Shown one piece after another: positions 22,572 to 31,204 of a stretch of DNA of 33,235 bases (positions within the stretch are counted from its first letter, which is position 1; each line of letters begins with the position of its first letter). This DNA comes from a virus: positions 1 through 33,235 of the IMG/VR virus record IMGVR_UViG_3300021399_000067, one strand, 5' to 3'. Made by a program: the position numbers and the translations under genes. The notes under the pieces are model-generated. The model was not told the DNA's origin. It did no database searches and saw only the letters and a list, made by a program, of their open reading frames with translations.

Positions 22572-22889
22572 TTAAACCTGTCCGTAATAAACAAAAACCG
22601 TGGATCCATACTCGTATGGGTCCTTGTACTTATTGAACAACCCAACATGCCGCATCAACCATGCATCTGCCTTGGCGGCCTGCGCCCTTGTCATTCCGCC
22701 ATCGGCCGTGGTAAATTCACCCTCCACATACATATCCACCTCATGCAACACCATCCACCACACATCCGCAAATGAATCGATGCAATCATCTAATGCGGCG
22801 CAGGAATAAACGCGCAACCGCTTTAATTCCTTTATGGCCTGCCTGCAATCCTCCGGGATCCGCTTTTCAAATTCGTTTCTAATGCTCAT
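22572..22889 (-). CDS. Hypothetical protein (105 aa)
   Basis: RBS AAGGAGGCACACAATG. Confidence 0.5.
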   Translation of the reverse strand: MSIRNEFEKRIPEDCRQAIKELKRLRVYSCAALDDCIDSFADVWWMVLHEVDMYVEGEFTTADGGMTRAQAAKADAWLMRHVGLFNKYKDPYEYGSTVFVYYGQV

Positions 22890-22900
22890 TGTGTGCCTCC

Positions 22901-23086
22901 TTAAGATTCAAAAAGATAAAACAATTTTGTTGCCCCGGACTTGGAAACATCCACGCAATTTCCGTCCCTGTCGTACACGGAAAAATACATGTTGCCGTGA
23001 TAAATCAACGCACAACCATCGGGCATGAACGCCATGCCCGACTTGATTGCCACATCAACCTTTTTGATAAACTGTGCCTTTGTCAT
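22901..23086 (-). CDS. Hypothetical protein (61 aa), first early gene
   Basis: Trimmed to the ATG at 23086 (AAGGAGGCACACAATG), about 40 nt downstream of the promoter at 23127-23154. Confidence 0.5.
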   Translation of the reverse strand: MTKAQFIKKVDVAIKSGMAFMPDGCALIYHGNMYFSVYDRDGNCVDVSKSGATKLFYLFES

Positions 23087-23126
23087 TGTGTGCCTCCTTG
23101 ATAAATCGTATTGATTAACTATATGT

Positions 23127-23154
23127 AGTATAGCATATACACATATAAATGCAA
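23127..23154 (-). promoter_or_regulatory. Early promoter TTGCAT-16-TGcTATACT (extended -10; core TATATGCTATACT, copy 2 of 2)
   Basis: -35 at 23149-23154 and -10 at 23127-23132, in the 187-nt gap between the endolysin stop and the first early gene. Confidence 0.55.
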
Positions 23155-23183
23155 TACCCAATTTCAATGTTTTTTCAAAAGGC

Positions 23184-23220
23184 ATGAAAAATCCCCACGG
23201 CGTGCGGTCCGCAGGGATTT
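23184..23220 (-). terminator. Late-operon terminator (AAATCCC...GGGATTT hairpin followed by TTTTC)
   Basis: 7-bp outer stem at 23189-23195/23214-23220 enclosing a GC-rich inner stem, followed by a T run, about 50 nt after the endolysin stop. Confidence 0.55.
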
Positions 23221-23273
23221 AGTGAGTATATATCGGGGGTCATTGAATGGAAAGTAACCGCCGCACCGATTCT

Positions 23274-24182
23274 TTACTTAATAAATGAGGCAAACACGAA
23301 TCCCGTGCCATCTGCCAATTCGTACCAATCGCCCTGTTTCTCGCCCTTGATGGCAACCATGGAACCCTTGGGCAATAGACGAACAACCGGGGCATTAAGT
23401 GATGCCGTCTTGCGCACACGCAGGGGATCCCGATTCGTGGCAACGGTTCCCGTCCACACGGATGTGTTTTCCTCGGGCCTGTGGATTTTCTGCCCAACGC
23501 GGATTAAATCGGGATTGAGGATGCCGTTGTCCTTTGCAATCACGGAAACGGACACGCCCCACATCTTGGCAATCTTGGTCAACGTATCGCCTGCCTTTAC
23601 GATGTAAAAATCATCCTCCGCAGGATCCGAAGATGCCGAAGATTCCGCAGGATCCGCAGGAACGGAGGCGGATTCGTACTCAATCCCGGGAATCTTGAAC
23701 CATTCTTCCCACGCCGTATCCTTGATGCCATCCTCAATTACACCGTAATTAAAACCCTTGGCCTGCACAACCTTGCCATCGCCGATGTAAACGCCAACGT
23801 GGTTGTTCTTCCACAATCCCAATCCGGGGATTTCGGGGATGGATCCGATGGGGCCTTTTTCGGTTGCCCGGGAATGCATCACGTTTGCGGACATGTCGAA
23901 ATCCTTATTATATATCGGAGGCATCGGCATGCCGTCAACATCGGGTTCCTTGGTCATTAGATAATCCTTGATTAATCCGCCGCAATCCATTACACGTTTG
24001 CCGTAATCGCCGCGTTCCTTGGCCTGCGCGATGCGCTTGCCCGAGAATTGGGATGGATACCTCTTGGCGCAGGATTCAAGCAATTTGGGGTTGCCAATCT
24101 GCCCATACGTTCCGAACCAATACACCTGCCCCACCATCTTTTTTACGAATTTTACCAACCCGGTGTTAGTTTTCTTAGACAT
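23274..24182 (-). CDS. Endolysin: NlpC/P60-type peptidase + LysM + SH3 domains
   Basis: 302 aa. Catalytic-type motifs VMDCGGLIKDY and NNHVGVYIGDGKVV. LysM: YIVKAGDTLTKIAKMWGVSVSVIAKDNGILNPDLIRVGQKI. SH3-like C-terminus. Confidence 0.85.
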   Translation of the reverse strand: MSKKTNTGLVKFVKKMVGQVYWFGTYGQIGNPKLLESCAKRYPSQFSGKRIAQAKERGDYGKRVMDCGGLIKDYLMTKEPDVDGMPMPPIYNKDFDMSANVMHSRATEKGPIGSIPEIPGLGLWKNNHVGVYIGDGKVVQAKGFNYGVIEDGIKDTAWEEWFKIPGIEYESASVPADPAESSASSDPAEDDFYIVKAGDTLTKIAKMWGVSVSVIAKDNGILNPDLIRVGQKIHRPEENTSVWTGTVATNRDPLRVRKTASLNAPVVRLLPKGSMVAIKGEKQGDWYELADGTGFVFASFIK

Positions 24183-24495
24183 TTGTTTGCTCCTTTAATT
24201 CGTCAATGCGTTTCCACATTGTGGCTTGCTCCTTTTCCACCAATGTAATGCGCGTATCGATGGCGTTTACATTCTGCGATAACGATTTAACATCCGCCTT
24301 GATGTCGTTTGTGGTGGAATTAATGTTCTTGGTCATTAAGGACAATTCCAAAAGGGATTTCGTCATTTCCTCTTTGGATTTGTTCTCCTTTTCAATGTCG
24401 TTTTTCCCGTTATGCACGGCGTTGATGATGAATGTTGAAACGCCAACAATCATCATAACGCAGGAAACAATCAACGACACGATGGATGTGTTCAT
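24175..24495 (-). CDS. Lysis-cassette membrane protein (N-terminal TM + coiled coil)
   Basis: 106 aa between the holin and the endolysin; ATGA overlap with the holin stop. Confidence 0.45.
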   Translation of the reverse strand: MNTSIVSLIVSCVMMIVGVSTFIINAVHNGKNDIEKENKSKEEMTKSLLELSLMTKNINSTTNDIKADVKSLSQNVNAIDTRITLVEKEQATMWKRIDELKEQTNV

Positions 24496-24686
24496 TGCTT
24501 ATTTCCTCCATCTGCGAATCCCTCGCCGACAATATACGCCACAACGGATCCCAACGACATGATTATTCCCGTTATAGAATCGGGGTTCGTCTTATCCGGG
24601 GATGTCATGTATATAACCATACCCGTGACAAACGCCGCGATGGCCAACCAAAACTTGCGCGATGTTAATTTCCTTTTCCAATCCAT
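24492..24686 (-). CDS. Holin (phi LC3 / LL-H-like small holin)
   Basis: 64 aa. MDWKRKLTSRKFWLAIAAFVTGMVIY... two hydrophobic segments and a charged C-terminus, upstream of the endolysin. Confidence 0.65.
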   Translation of the reverse strand: MDWKRKLTSRKFWLAIAAFVTGMVIYMTSPDKTNPDSITGIIMSLGSVVAYIVGEGFADGGNKQ

Positions 24687-24700
24687 GTGTGTTCACCTCC

Positions 24701-25990
24701 TTAATTTGCATCTTTCTCGGTTACTTCAACCGTTAATGTCGAAAATTGTTTCATATATATAAAAACCGTAACATTTTTAAGAATAGCAGTCATTCCGTAA
24801 TCGGACGATACGGGAACGATTCCGTTAAATACAATACCCGTTGGTAGGTAACTGATGCCTGTTGCCCGCAACTGTGCAACACTCCCCAAACTTGAAGTAA
24901 ATTCGCATGTAATTTCTATATCGTCACTAAATCCCGAAACCAATGCACTTACAATGTCTGATTCTGTATATGGGGATGGAATCGTTATTGTTGGCGTGGA
25001 CCCCGTATTATTTACTGTTATAAGAATTGGCGCTACGGACAACGAATAATTGCCATTGTTGTTAACCCGTAAAAATTTATGTTTATCCGATAATGAAACC
25101 GCAGGAATCGCAATCGGCCTTTTGCAATACGATAATGTTGTGGTTAATACGGGATTAAAAACAAAGTTATTATCCCCAACCTGCATGTTCTCGCGTATTG
25201 GTTCCAAATTGTTTTCAAAATATCTAAACTCGCGGGTTGACAATTCATATTGCAAATCCTTTAAAATGTCGTTGGCCGTTGCCAAATCCGTGAACCGGGA
25301 ATCGAAAATATAAATAATTCCCTCGGCCACCGCGTGCTTGAAATATCCACTATTTATTTGGTTTATTCCTGCCGTGGATTTACGGTACATTGATGTTGAT
25401 TTAACAGCGTCCGTGTATATGGAATCCGTCTTGATATATGGCACGCCCTTGGTGTTTACCGCCAATTCAACGCCAACAATTCCTTCATCGTGAACGGATA
25501 AATCCTCGCCATATCTGCCCGTTATCAAATCCACATCGAATCCATACAACGCCTTTTCAAATGTCCGCGTGTGGGTTTTGCCGTTTATCGTTACACTTAA
25601 CGATGTGTATTTCCTATACGGACGAACATTCGTTGGCGAAACTGTGCCACTTCCTGTTTGCACGATGGTGGACTTACCATTCAATTGCAAAATCGGTGCA
25701 ATAACATCCGTGTTCACCTTATTATTAGCAATCACCGTTGTAACAATGGGCAATCCCTCGGCTCGAAGATTAACAACATCCGTTTGTGTTTGGTATCCTG
25801 CATCGTTTTCCAATTCGGATACTTTCGCAGGAATCTCAATGCCCAAATCCTCCGTGGATTTATCCCCGGACAACTCCACGCCATTTATCGATGGCTTATT
25901 TGTAAGGGCATCATAATCCGTTGTGGCCGTGTTCGCCTCGGATCCAAACTCGGCGTTGAACCCTGTTTCCAATGTGCCGAAATCATCCAT
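24701..25990 (-). CDS. Tail fibre / receptor-binding protein
   Basis: 429 aa, last structural gene before lysis. N-terminal fibre motifs YDALTNKPSINGVELSG and VSELENDAGYQT. Confidence 0.6.
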   Translation of the reverse strand: MDDFGTLETGFNAEFGSEANTATTDYDALTNKPSINGVELSGDKSTEDLGIEIPAKVSELENDAGYQTQTDVVNLRAEGLPIVTTVIANNKVNTDVIAPILQLNGKSTIVQTGSGTVSPTNVRPYRKYTSLSVTINGKTHTRTFEKALYGFDVDLITGRYGEDLSVHDEGIVGVELAVNTKGVPYIKTDSIYTDAVKSTSMYRKSTAGINQINSGYFKHAVAEGIIYIFDSRFTDLATANDILKDLQYELSTREFRYFENNLEPIRENMQVGDNNFVFNPVLTTTLSYCKRPIAIPAVSLSDKHKFLRVNNNGNYSLSVAPILITVNNTGSTPTITIPSPYTESDIVSALVSGFSDDIEITCEFTSSLGSVAQLRATGISYLPTGIVFNGIVPVSSDYGMTAILKNVTVFIYMKQFSTLTVEVTEKDAN

Positions 25991-26306
25991 TTTGCACGCC
26001 CTCCTTTTGCACCTCGTAGATGGTCACATCCGCAATCTTGGTGATGGGACGGGACCCGTTGGCAAGTACAACGGACAATTGCACGCCTGCGGTTCCTGCA
26101 TGGAATTTCAATGTTTCCGCCTGCGACAATGCCATATATATTCGCCTATCTTCAATATAGCAATCTTCGGTTTTCTTGTCTATTTTAAGGATCCCATCCT
26201 GTTTCATGTTGAACCAAATTGATGTGATTTGGGATAAATCGGGGATTTGTTCCTCCGATATTTCACAATAGATATTCACCGTTTGGCCGCGTACAAATTC
26301 AACCAT
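25983..26306 (-). CDS. Baseplate/fibre-associated hypothetical protein (107 aa)
   Basis: ORF within the tail-tip module, overlapping its neighbour. Confidence 0.45.
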   Translation of the reverse strand: MVEFVRGQTVNIYCEISEEQIPDLSQITSIWFNMKQDGILKIDKKTEDCYIEDRRIYMALSQAETLKFHAGTAGVQLSVVLANGSRPITKIADVTIYEVQKEGVQNG

Positions 26307-26321
26307 GATTTCTGCCCTCCT

Positions 26322-26711
26322 TTAACTCGGAATCACTATGTAATTAACATAATACGTTGAAGATGATTGTTGATTGAAGTAAACACGAATCGCGCCATCC
26401 CTTGCCTCGGAGGCGATGGGGAAATTGGCATTTGCCACCGAAACGGCGGATGCCCTTTGCACGAAACAATAATCCCCTGCCTTTACTCCATCAACCGGGA
26501 TGTCATAATACCACGATGATGTGGTTGCATACGCCAATTTGCGCCCACGGATGATGGACTTGCCCTTTAAATCCGTAATAACGCCATCCAATTTGGCGAA
26601 AATTGACACATCGTCCGTACCATTGACGATTAATCCGATTTCATCCAATCCGATGTTTTCGTCCAACGCCTGTTTGGATCCGTATTTTTCAACTTTATAA
26701 ATCTTAGACAT
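26322..26711 (-). CDS. Baseplate/fibre-associated hypothetical protein (129 aa)
   Basis: ORF within the tail-tip module. Confidence 0.45.
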   Translation of the reverse strand: MSKIYKVEKYGSKQALDENIGLDEIGLIVNGTDDVSIFAKLDGVITDLKGKSIIRGRKLAYATTSSWYYDIPVDGVKAGDYCFVQRASAVSVANANFPIASEARDGAIRVYFNQQSSSTYYVNYIVIPS

Positions 26712-27993
26712 GCGTCACCTCGTACGAAATCTTGGCAACCAACGATGATGTTTTTTCAACGGCCGTTTCCAACACGAATTTGGATGCCATATATGTGGGA
26801 TTAACCATCCATGCTAACGGCGTGCGCCTTGCCTCATTGGATCCCTGCGGATACCTTGAAAATGCTTGCCATACTCCAACGCGATGCCCGGTCGTATATG
26901 GATATTGTGCCGCCGTAACCTCGATGATATTATCATCCGCATCAATAACAAACGTGTTGGATGATATATCCCCGGTATCTGCCAAATAGAACAAATCGCC
27001 AATGTTCGTCACCGGGGCATCGAATCGGTCGAAATCCGCCGTGGAATTGATGTTCACCTTATAGATTGTGTTTTCGGATCCCATCGCATTGACGAAATAC
27101 AGATAATTGCCACGCTTGGCAATCATGTTTCGAGAACCAATATTTGATGTTGTGGCCTCCGTGATGGAATGTTGGAATGTCATTGTTCTTGTCGATATTG
27201 TCAAATCGGACAAATCAATCGTGGTCAATGTCTTGGCCGTTCCTGTGGATCCCGACAAAATATAAATGGCATTATCTGCGGCGGACAACCCAACGCGGGC
27301 ATTTCCAACATCATTGGAATATACCAATTCGGAATTGGCATCGTCCCATGTGTTTTGGTTTATGAGAATCTCCAACAACGGTCTTTTAATCCTCTTGATG
27401 GAATCGCCGCTTTGAAACAATCCCACCGTTGCCGATACGATGTAATAGAAGTAATCGCCAACGAATCCCAACATCCTTGTTGTGGATGTCGTGATAATCT
27501 GTCCCACGTTGTTTACAATCTGCCCGAAATAATTAACCTTGCCGTATGCCTCGCCACCATAACGATTCGTTAAACAAATCGTCTTGATGAATCCGTTTGC
27601 ATTGGATGTGGCGAAATCGTAAACGAATCGGTATCCGTTCGCAATATCGCCCGATTCGATGGCATTGAACGAACCCGCTTTCAAATCTGTTTCGTCCCTT
27701 GCGCCAACCCGGGCATATCCTGTGGGCATATGGTCCCACGCCTCATACAATCCCGAACCGACATCACCCGGGAATAACAGGATCCCACCCAACGCCGTGG
27801 TAGCAAGATTCGTCAAATTCTCGTATGTGGATACATCGGAATACGGCGAAAAATGCCGCCTGTCTGCGCCATACGGGCATTTGTTTAAAAGGGAATTGAT
27901 GGCATCGGTAAACGCATTGTTGCCCTCGATTTCCTCTTTTATCCTGCCTGTTATTCCGTCTGCCAATTGCAATTTAACATGGCCTTTTAACAT
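26704..27993 (-). CDS. Baseplate structural protein (429 aa, unassigned)
   Basis: Large ORF in the tail-tip module; no motif recognised. Confidence 0.45.
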   Translation of the reverse strand: MLKGHVKLQLADGITGRIKEEIEGNNAFTDAINSLLNKCPYGADRRHFSPYSDVSTYENLTNLATTALGGILLFPGDVGSGLYEAWDHMPTGYARVGARDETDLKAGSFNAIESGDIANGYRFVYDFATSNANGFIKTICLTNRYGGEAYGKVNYFGQIVNNVGQIITTSTTRMLGFVGDYFYYIVSATVGLFQSGDSIKRIKRPLLEILINQNTWDDANSELVYSNDVGNARVGLSAADNAIYILSGSTGTAKTLTTIDLSDLTISTRTMTFQHSITEATTSNIGSRNMIAKRGNYLYFVNAMGSENTIYKVNINSTADFDRFDAPVTNIGDLFYLADTGDISSNTFVIDADDNIIEVTAAQYPYTTGHRVGVWQAFSRYPQGSNEARRTPLAWMVNPTYMASKFVLETAVEKTSSLVAKISYEVTHV

Positions 27994-28006
27994 TTGGTTT
28001 TCCTCC

Positions 28007-28465
28007 TTAATTCAATGAAACCGATTCCATCGTTACGGTCGATTTGCTTGCGTTTGTCACGGCGATTTCAACATTTCCATCAATCTGCAATTCGCCATTG
28101 TAGAAATGCATATTAATGTTTGTATGGCTCCCCAAGAATCCAAAAACGATGGTGCATACATCCCCGGCATTCAATGAAATGTTGGGGATGGTTCCGATAT
28201 TGGTTGTTGTATTCGCAGGCAATGTGACGGAATGAACCGCCGTGCCGTTTTTCCGAATTTCGATGTATCCGTCATTATTCGAACAATTTGTGCGGCCCGT
28301 ACATGCCGAACCAAACGCAATCGTTGTCGTTCCTGTTGCCGTGATGGTCAACATGTTTCGTTCATCGCCTGCGGATGCATTCCAACTACCCGTAATATCG
28401 GATTGAAACGCAATCGTTGCTTGCCTGCTCCCGCCAACGGATCCAATGCATTTATACCATGCCAT
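28007..28465 (-). CDS. Tail-tip hypothetical protein (152 aa)
   Basis: TAATG coupling to the upstream gene; beta-rich sequence. Confidence 0.45.
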   Translation of the reverse strand: MAWYKCIGSVGGSRQATIAFQSDITGSWNASAGDERNMLTITATGTTTIAFGSACTGRTNCSNNDGYIEIRKNGTAVHSVTLPANTTTNIGTIPNISLNAGDVCTIVFGFLGSHTNINMHFYNGELQIDGNVEIAVTNASKSTVTMESVSLN

Positions 28466-29019
28466 TATGATATCCTCGCTTTCACGCCAATATTGTTGGC
28501 CTGCGCAGGGAACGTAATTGTTACGGATCCTGCGGCAACAACAACCGATGTGGGATTTACTCCGAACACATCCGTGTATATCTCAACCGTGGATGTCGTT
28601 AATATGGCGGCATCCTGCAACGTGATGGTTGTTTGTCCTGCGGTCAATGTCCCCGTGACATCCTTATATGTTGCGCCACCGCTAACCGGGGCGAACACAT
28701 CCGTTGTCGTGCCGTTGATGGTGATTTCCGCAATCTTGGCACCTGTGCCAATCAATTGGGACCATGCAACGGAGGAACCGCCACCGCCTCCGCCTCCGCC
28801 TGCGGCCAATTCGTTGATTGCACCGAAGATGTCTTTTGCCGTGGTACTCAATGCATCGGGATATGTCAACACATCCAATAACAACGTGGCCAATTCTGCG
28901 GATGAAATCTTGCGTGATGCATATGTCTGCCCGTCCGTGATGGACACAACAAACAAGGTCGATGCGTTCGTTGATTCCGCCGTGGTCAATTCCGAAATCT
29001 TGATGTCGGTTTCTGCCAT
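28465..29019 (-). CDS. Tail fibre-like protein with Gly8 hinge
   Basis: 184 aa. N-terminal KISELTTAES... fibre-attachment-like motif, then AAGGGGGGGGSS linker, then a Thr/Val-rich beta domain. Confidence 0.55.
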   Translation of the reverse strand: MAETDIKISELTTAESTNASTLFVVSITDGQTYASRKISSAELATLLLDVLTYPDALSTTAKDIFGAINELAAGGGGGGGGSSVAWSQLIGTGAKIAEITINGTTTDVFAPVSGGATYKDVTGTLTAGQTTITLQDAAILTTSTVEIYTDVFGVNPTSVVVAAGSVTITFPAQANNIGVKARIS

Positions 29020-29031
29020 CTTGGTTCCTCC

Positions 29032-30822
29032 TTAATCGCAAATAATATGATTTGCGCCATCTTCAGTAATTATCGTTGATTCGCCATCCTCGGTCAATAT
29101 ACGGTTAACCGCCACATCCATTACGACACGGCCAATATCCGTATAACCGAACGCGATTCCATCGGATCCAATGCCAAACGAATATGTATCCCGGGCATTG
29201 TCCCTTTGGGGTTCACCCTCCGAATACGAGGATGTGGAATCGTCATATGTAAACCCGATACCCTCTTGAATATTGAATTGGTATTCGTCCGTTGCCTCCA
29301 AATATCCATCCCAAACGCCTGCGGTTACGCCCACGCCTTGAATTACAACATGGCAATTGTCAACGGCAACGATTCCCTCGCCGTCTGTTGACATGATTTC
29401 AACGATAACCTCGTTGATTTGCTCGTTGGTGATGTTAACAGGCAAGAACAATGTTATCGTGTCCAATCCAACCGGGAATTGGCACACATGGATAAATGGT
29501 TCATAGAATCCATTAACGCGATACCTAACATACACATGCCCTGCATCCGTCATATTAAGGCGAATAACGCCGTGTAATTGTGCAATTTGTGATTGCATTA
29601 CACCGATGCGAAGATGGGCAATTTGCCGCCATTCCTCGTCAATTCCCACGGCCGTGGCGTTGGCATAATGGATAACGGATATTCTATCCTTGCCCGATTC
29701 CGTGGATTTCTTCAATCCTGCGATGTTTTTGTCCGTTTTAGATTTCGCACCGAACAACGCAGGATTCTTGCCAAATCCTGTTATCTTCACGCCCTTGCGA
29801 TACGAGAATTCAATTTTATGGACACAACACATGGAATATGTCCCGGCAAGACCATCCGTGTATTTTATTACATCGCCCAAATCGAAACACGGATCCAATA
29901 AACCCGATGATGTAAACGGCGTATAATCGAATGCCTCCAACGCCGCCAATATATTGCGGCATCGTTCCGCCTTGGTGGATTCATCGCCGTATTGCATCAA
30001 CGGATTCGGTCCCAAATTCATGGTCAATCCTGTGTCGGATGTGGTCCCATAATACGATGTCGTTTCCTCCGCAATATTGGTGATGGAAACGCCCGTGTAA
30101 TATGTCACGAAATCGGACCATTGGCCGCCTGTGGCGCGGTCGTACACATCCATGGTTATATCCTCGGAGGAATGCCATGTGCGGAATTCCAAACGCCCTG
30201 TACGGTTTATCGTGGCGAATCCTCCGATGGTAACGGCAATCCATGAAATAAAATCACGCCATGTTTCGATGTCGTTTTCGGGATACAAACTCAATAACTC
30301 CGTGCCGTTCGGTAATGCCTGCATTTCCGTTTGGGTCATTCCCAATTGAACATTGCAATTCCTGCACGCCAACGTGGCCAATGCAAACACATTGCCATCG
30401 GTCGATTTAACGCCCATCGTTTTATCAAATTTCGTCATGGCATCATATGCCGTTACGGATACGCCGTCCCGGGACCACATCGCGGAATCGATGGTGTATG
30501 GCTTGCACGGCACATCCTCCCATGTGTCGTTCGCAGGATCCACCAATAAACCAATACTGCATCGGATTTCCTTGCCTCGCCAATCGCCACGATTGACATT
30601 GGCGGCGAACGCAGGGCAAAAGGTCAAATCCATTTGTCCCACGAATACACCGCCCAAATTAATATCTGCGGAATTAACGCATTTTTCGGTTATCGTGAAC
30701 GATGATGATATTATATCGTTCTCGGTGAATGCAATATTTCCAACGGTCCCACGGATGCGCCGCGTTACAACCTTTGTATTGGATAATATCTTTTGAAGAT
30801 ATGCCGTTGATACCGCATACAT
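29032..30822 (-). CDS. Tail tip / tail-associated protein (Tal position, 596 aa)
   Basis: Trimmed to the ATG at 30822 (GGAGGAATTATAAAATG); second gene after the tape measure. Confidence 0.55.
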   Translation of the reverse strand: MYAVSTAYLQKILSNTKVVTRRIRGTVGNIAFTENDIISSSFTITEKCVNSADINLGGVFVGQMDLTFCPAFAANVNRGDWRGKEIRCSIGLLVDPANDTWEDVPCKPYTIDSAMWSRDGVSVTAYDAMTKFDKTMGVKSTDGNVFALATLACRNCNVQLGMTQTEMQALPNGTELLSLYPENDIETWRDFISWIAVTIGGFATINRTGRLEFRTWHSSEDITMDVYDRATGGQWSDFVTYYTGVSITNIAEETTSYYGTTSDTGLTMNLGPNPLMQYGDESTKAERCRNILAALEAFDYTPFTSSGLLDPCFDLGDVIKYTDGLAGTYSMCCVHKIEFSYRKGVKITGFGKNPALFGAKSKTDKNIAGLKKSTESGKDRISVIHYANATAVGIDEEWRQIAHLRIGVMQSQIAQLHGVIRLNMTDAGHVYVRYRVNGFYEPFIHVCQFPVGLDTITLFLPVNITNEQINEVIVEIMSTDGEGIVAVDNCHVVIQGVGVTAGVWDGYLEATDEYQFNIQEGIGFTYDDSTSSYSEGEPQRDNARDTYSFGIGSDGIAFGYTDIGRVVMDVAVNRILTEDGESTIITEDGANHIICD

Positions 30823-30823
30823 T

Positions 30824-31204
30824 TTATAATTCCTCCAATGTGAACGATATTTCCCATACGCCTGCAACCTCGGTCAACTTTTCGGACCCCTTGCGTGGAT
30901 TGCACGAAAATCCATTCATATACATTGTGTGGACTTCGTAACCATGTGTAACCGGGGAATAAATGGAAACAACAAACGATTCCTTTTTTGAATAGGTTTC
31001 AAAGAATCCCGCCCATTCATCATCCGCAACCGAACAATTGAACGGAACCGCCAATTTCTCGGCGCGGATTATCTGCATCATATCGCGGCCACCCTCCGAT
31101 TGCATCGTTTCGCGGATGGGGTTGTTGTTCCTGCCCCACTTGGATGGCCAAAAGGGAATTGTGGTATTGTCGAATATGAACGGATAATTGTTGATACTTG
31201 CCAT
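30824..31204 (-). CDS. Small distal tail protein (Dit position, 126 aa)
   Basis: Starts immediately after the tape measure stop (TAAATG). Shorter than typical Dit proteins. Confidence 0.45.
   Translation of the reverse strand: MASINNYPFIFDNTTIPFWPSKWGRNNNPIRETMQSEGGRDMMQIIRAEKLAVPFNCSVADDEWAGFFETYSKKESFVVSIYSPVTHGYEVHTMYMNGFSCNPRKGSEKLTEVAGVWEISFTLEEL

Noticed and set aside
28770-28802. GC-rich simple repeat (ccgccaccgcctccgcctccgcc)
   Set aside because: It is simply the coding sequence of the Gly8 hinge in the fibre-like protein, not an independent repeat element.
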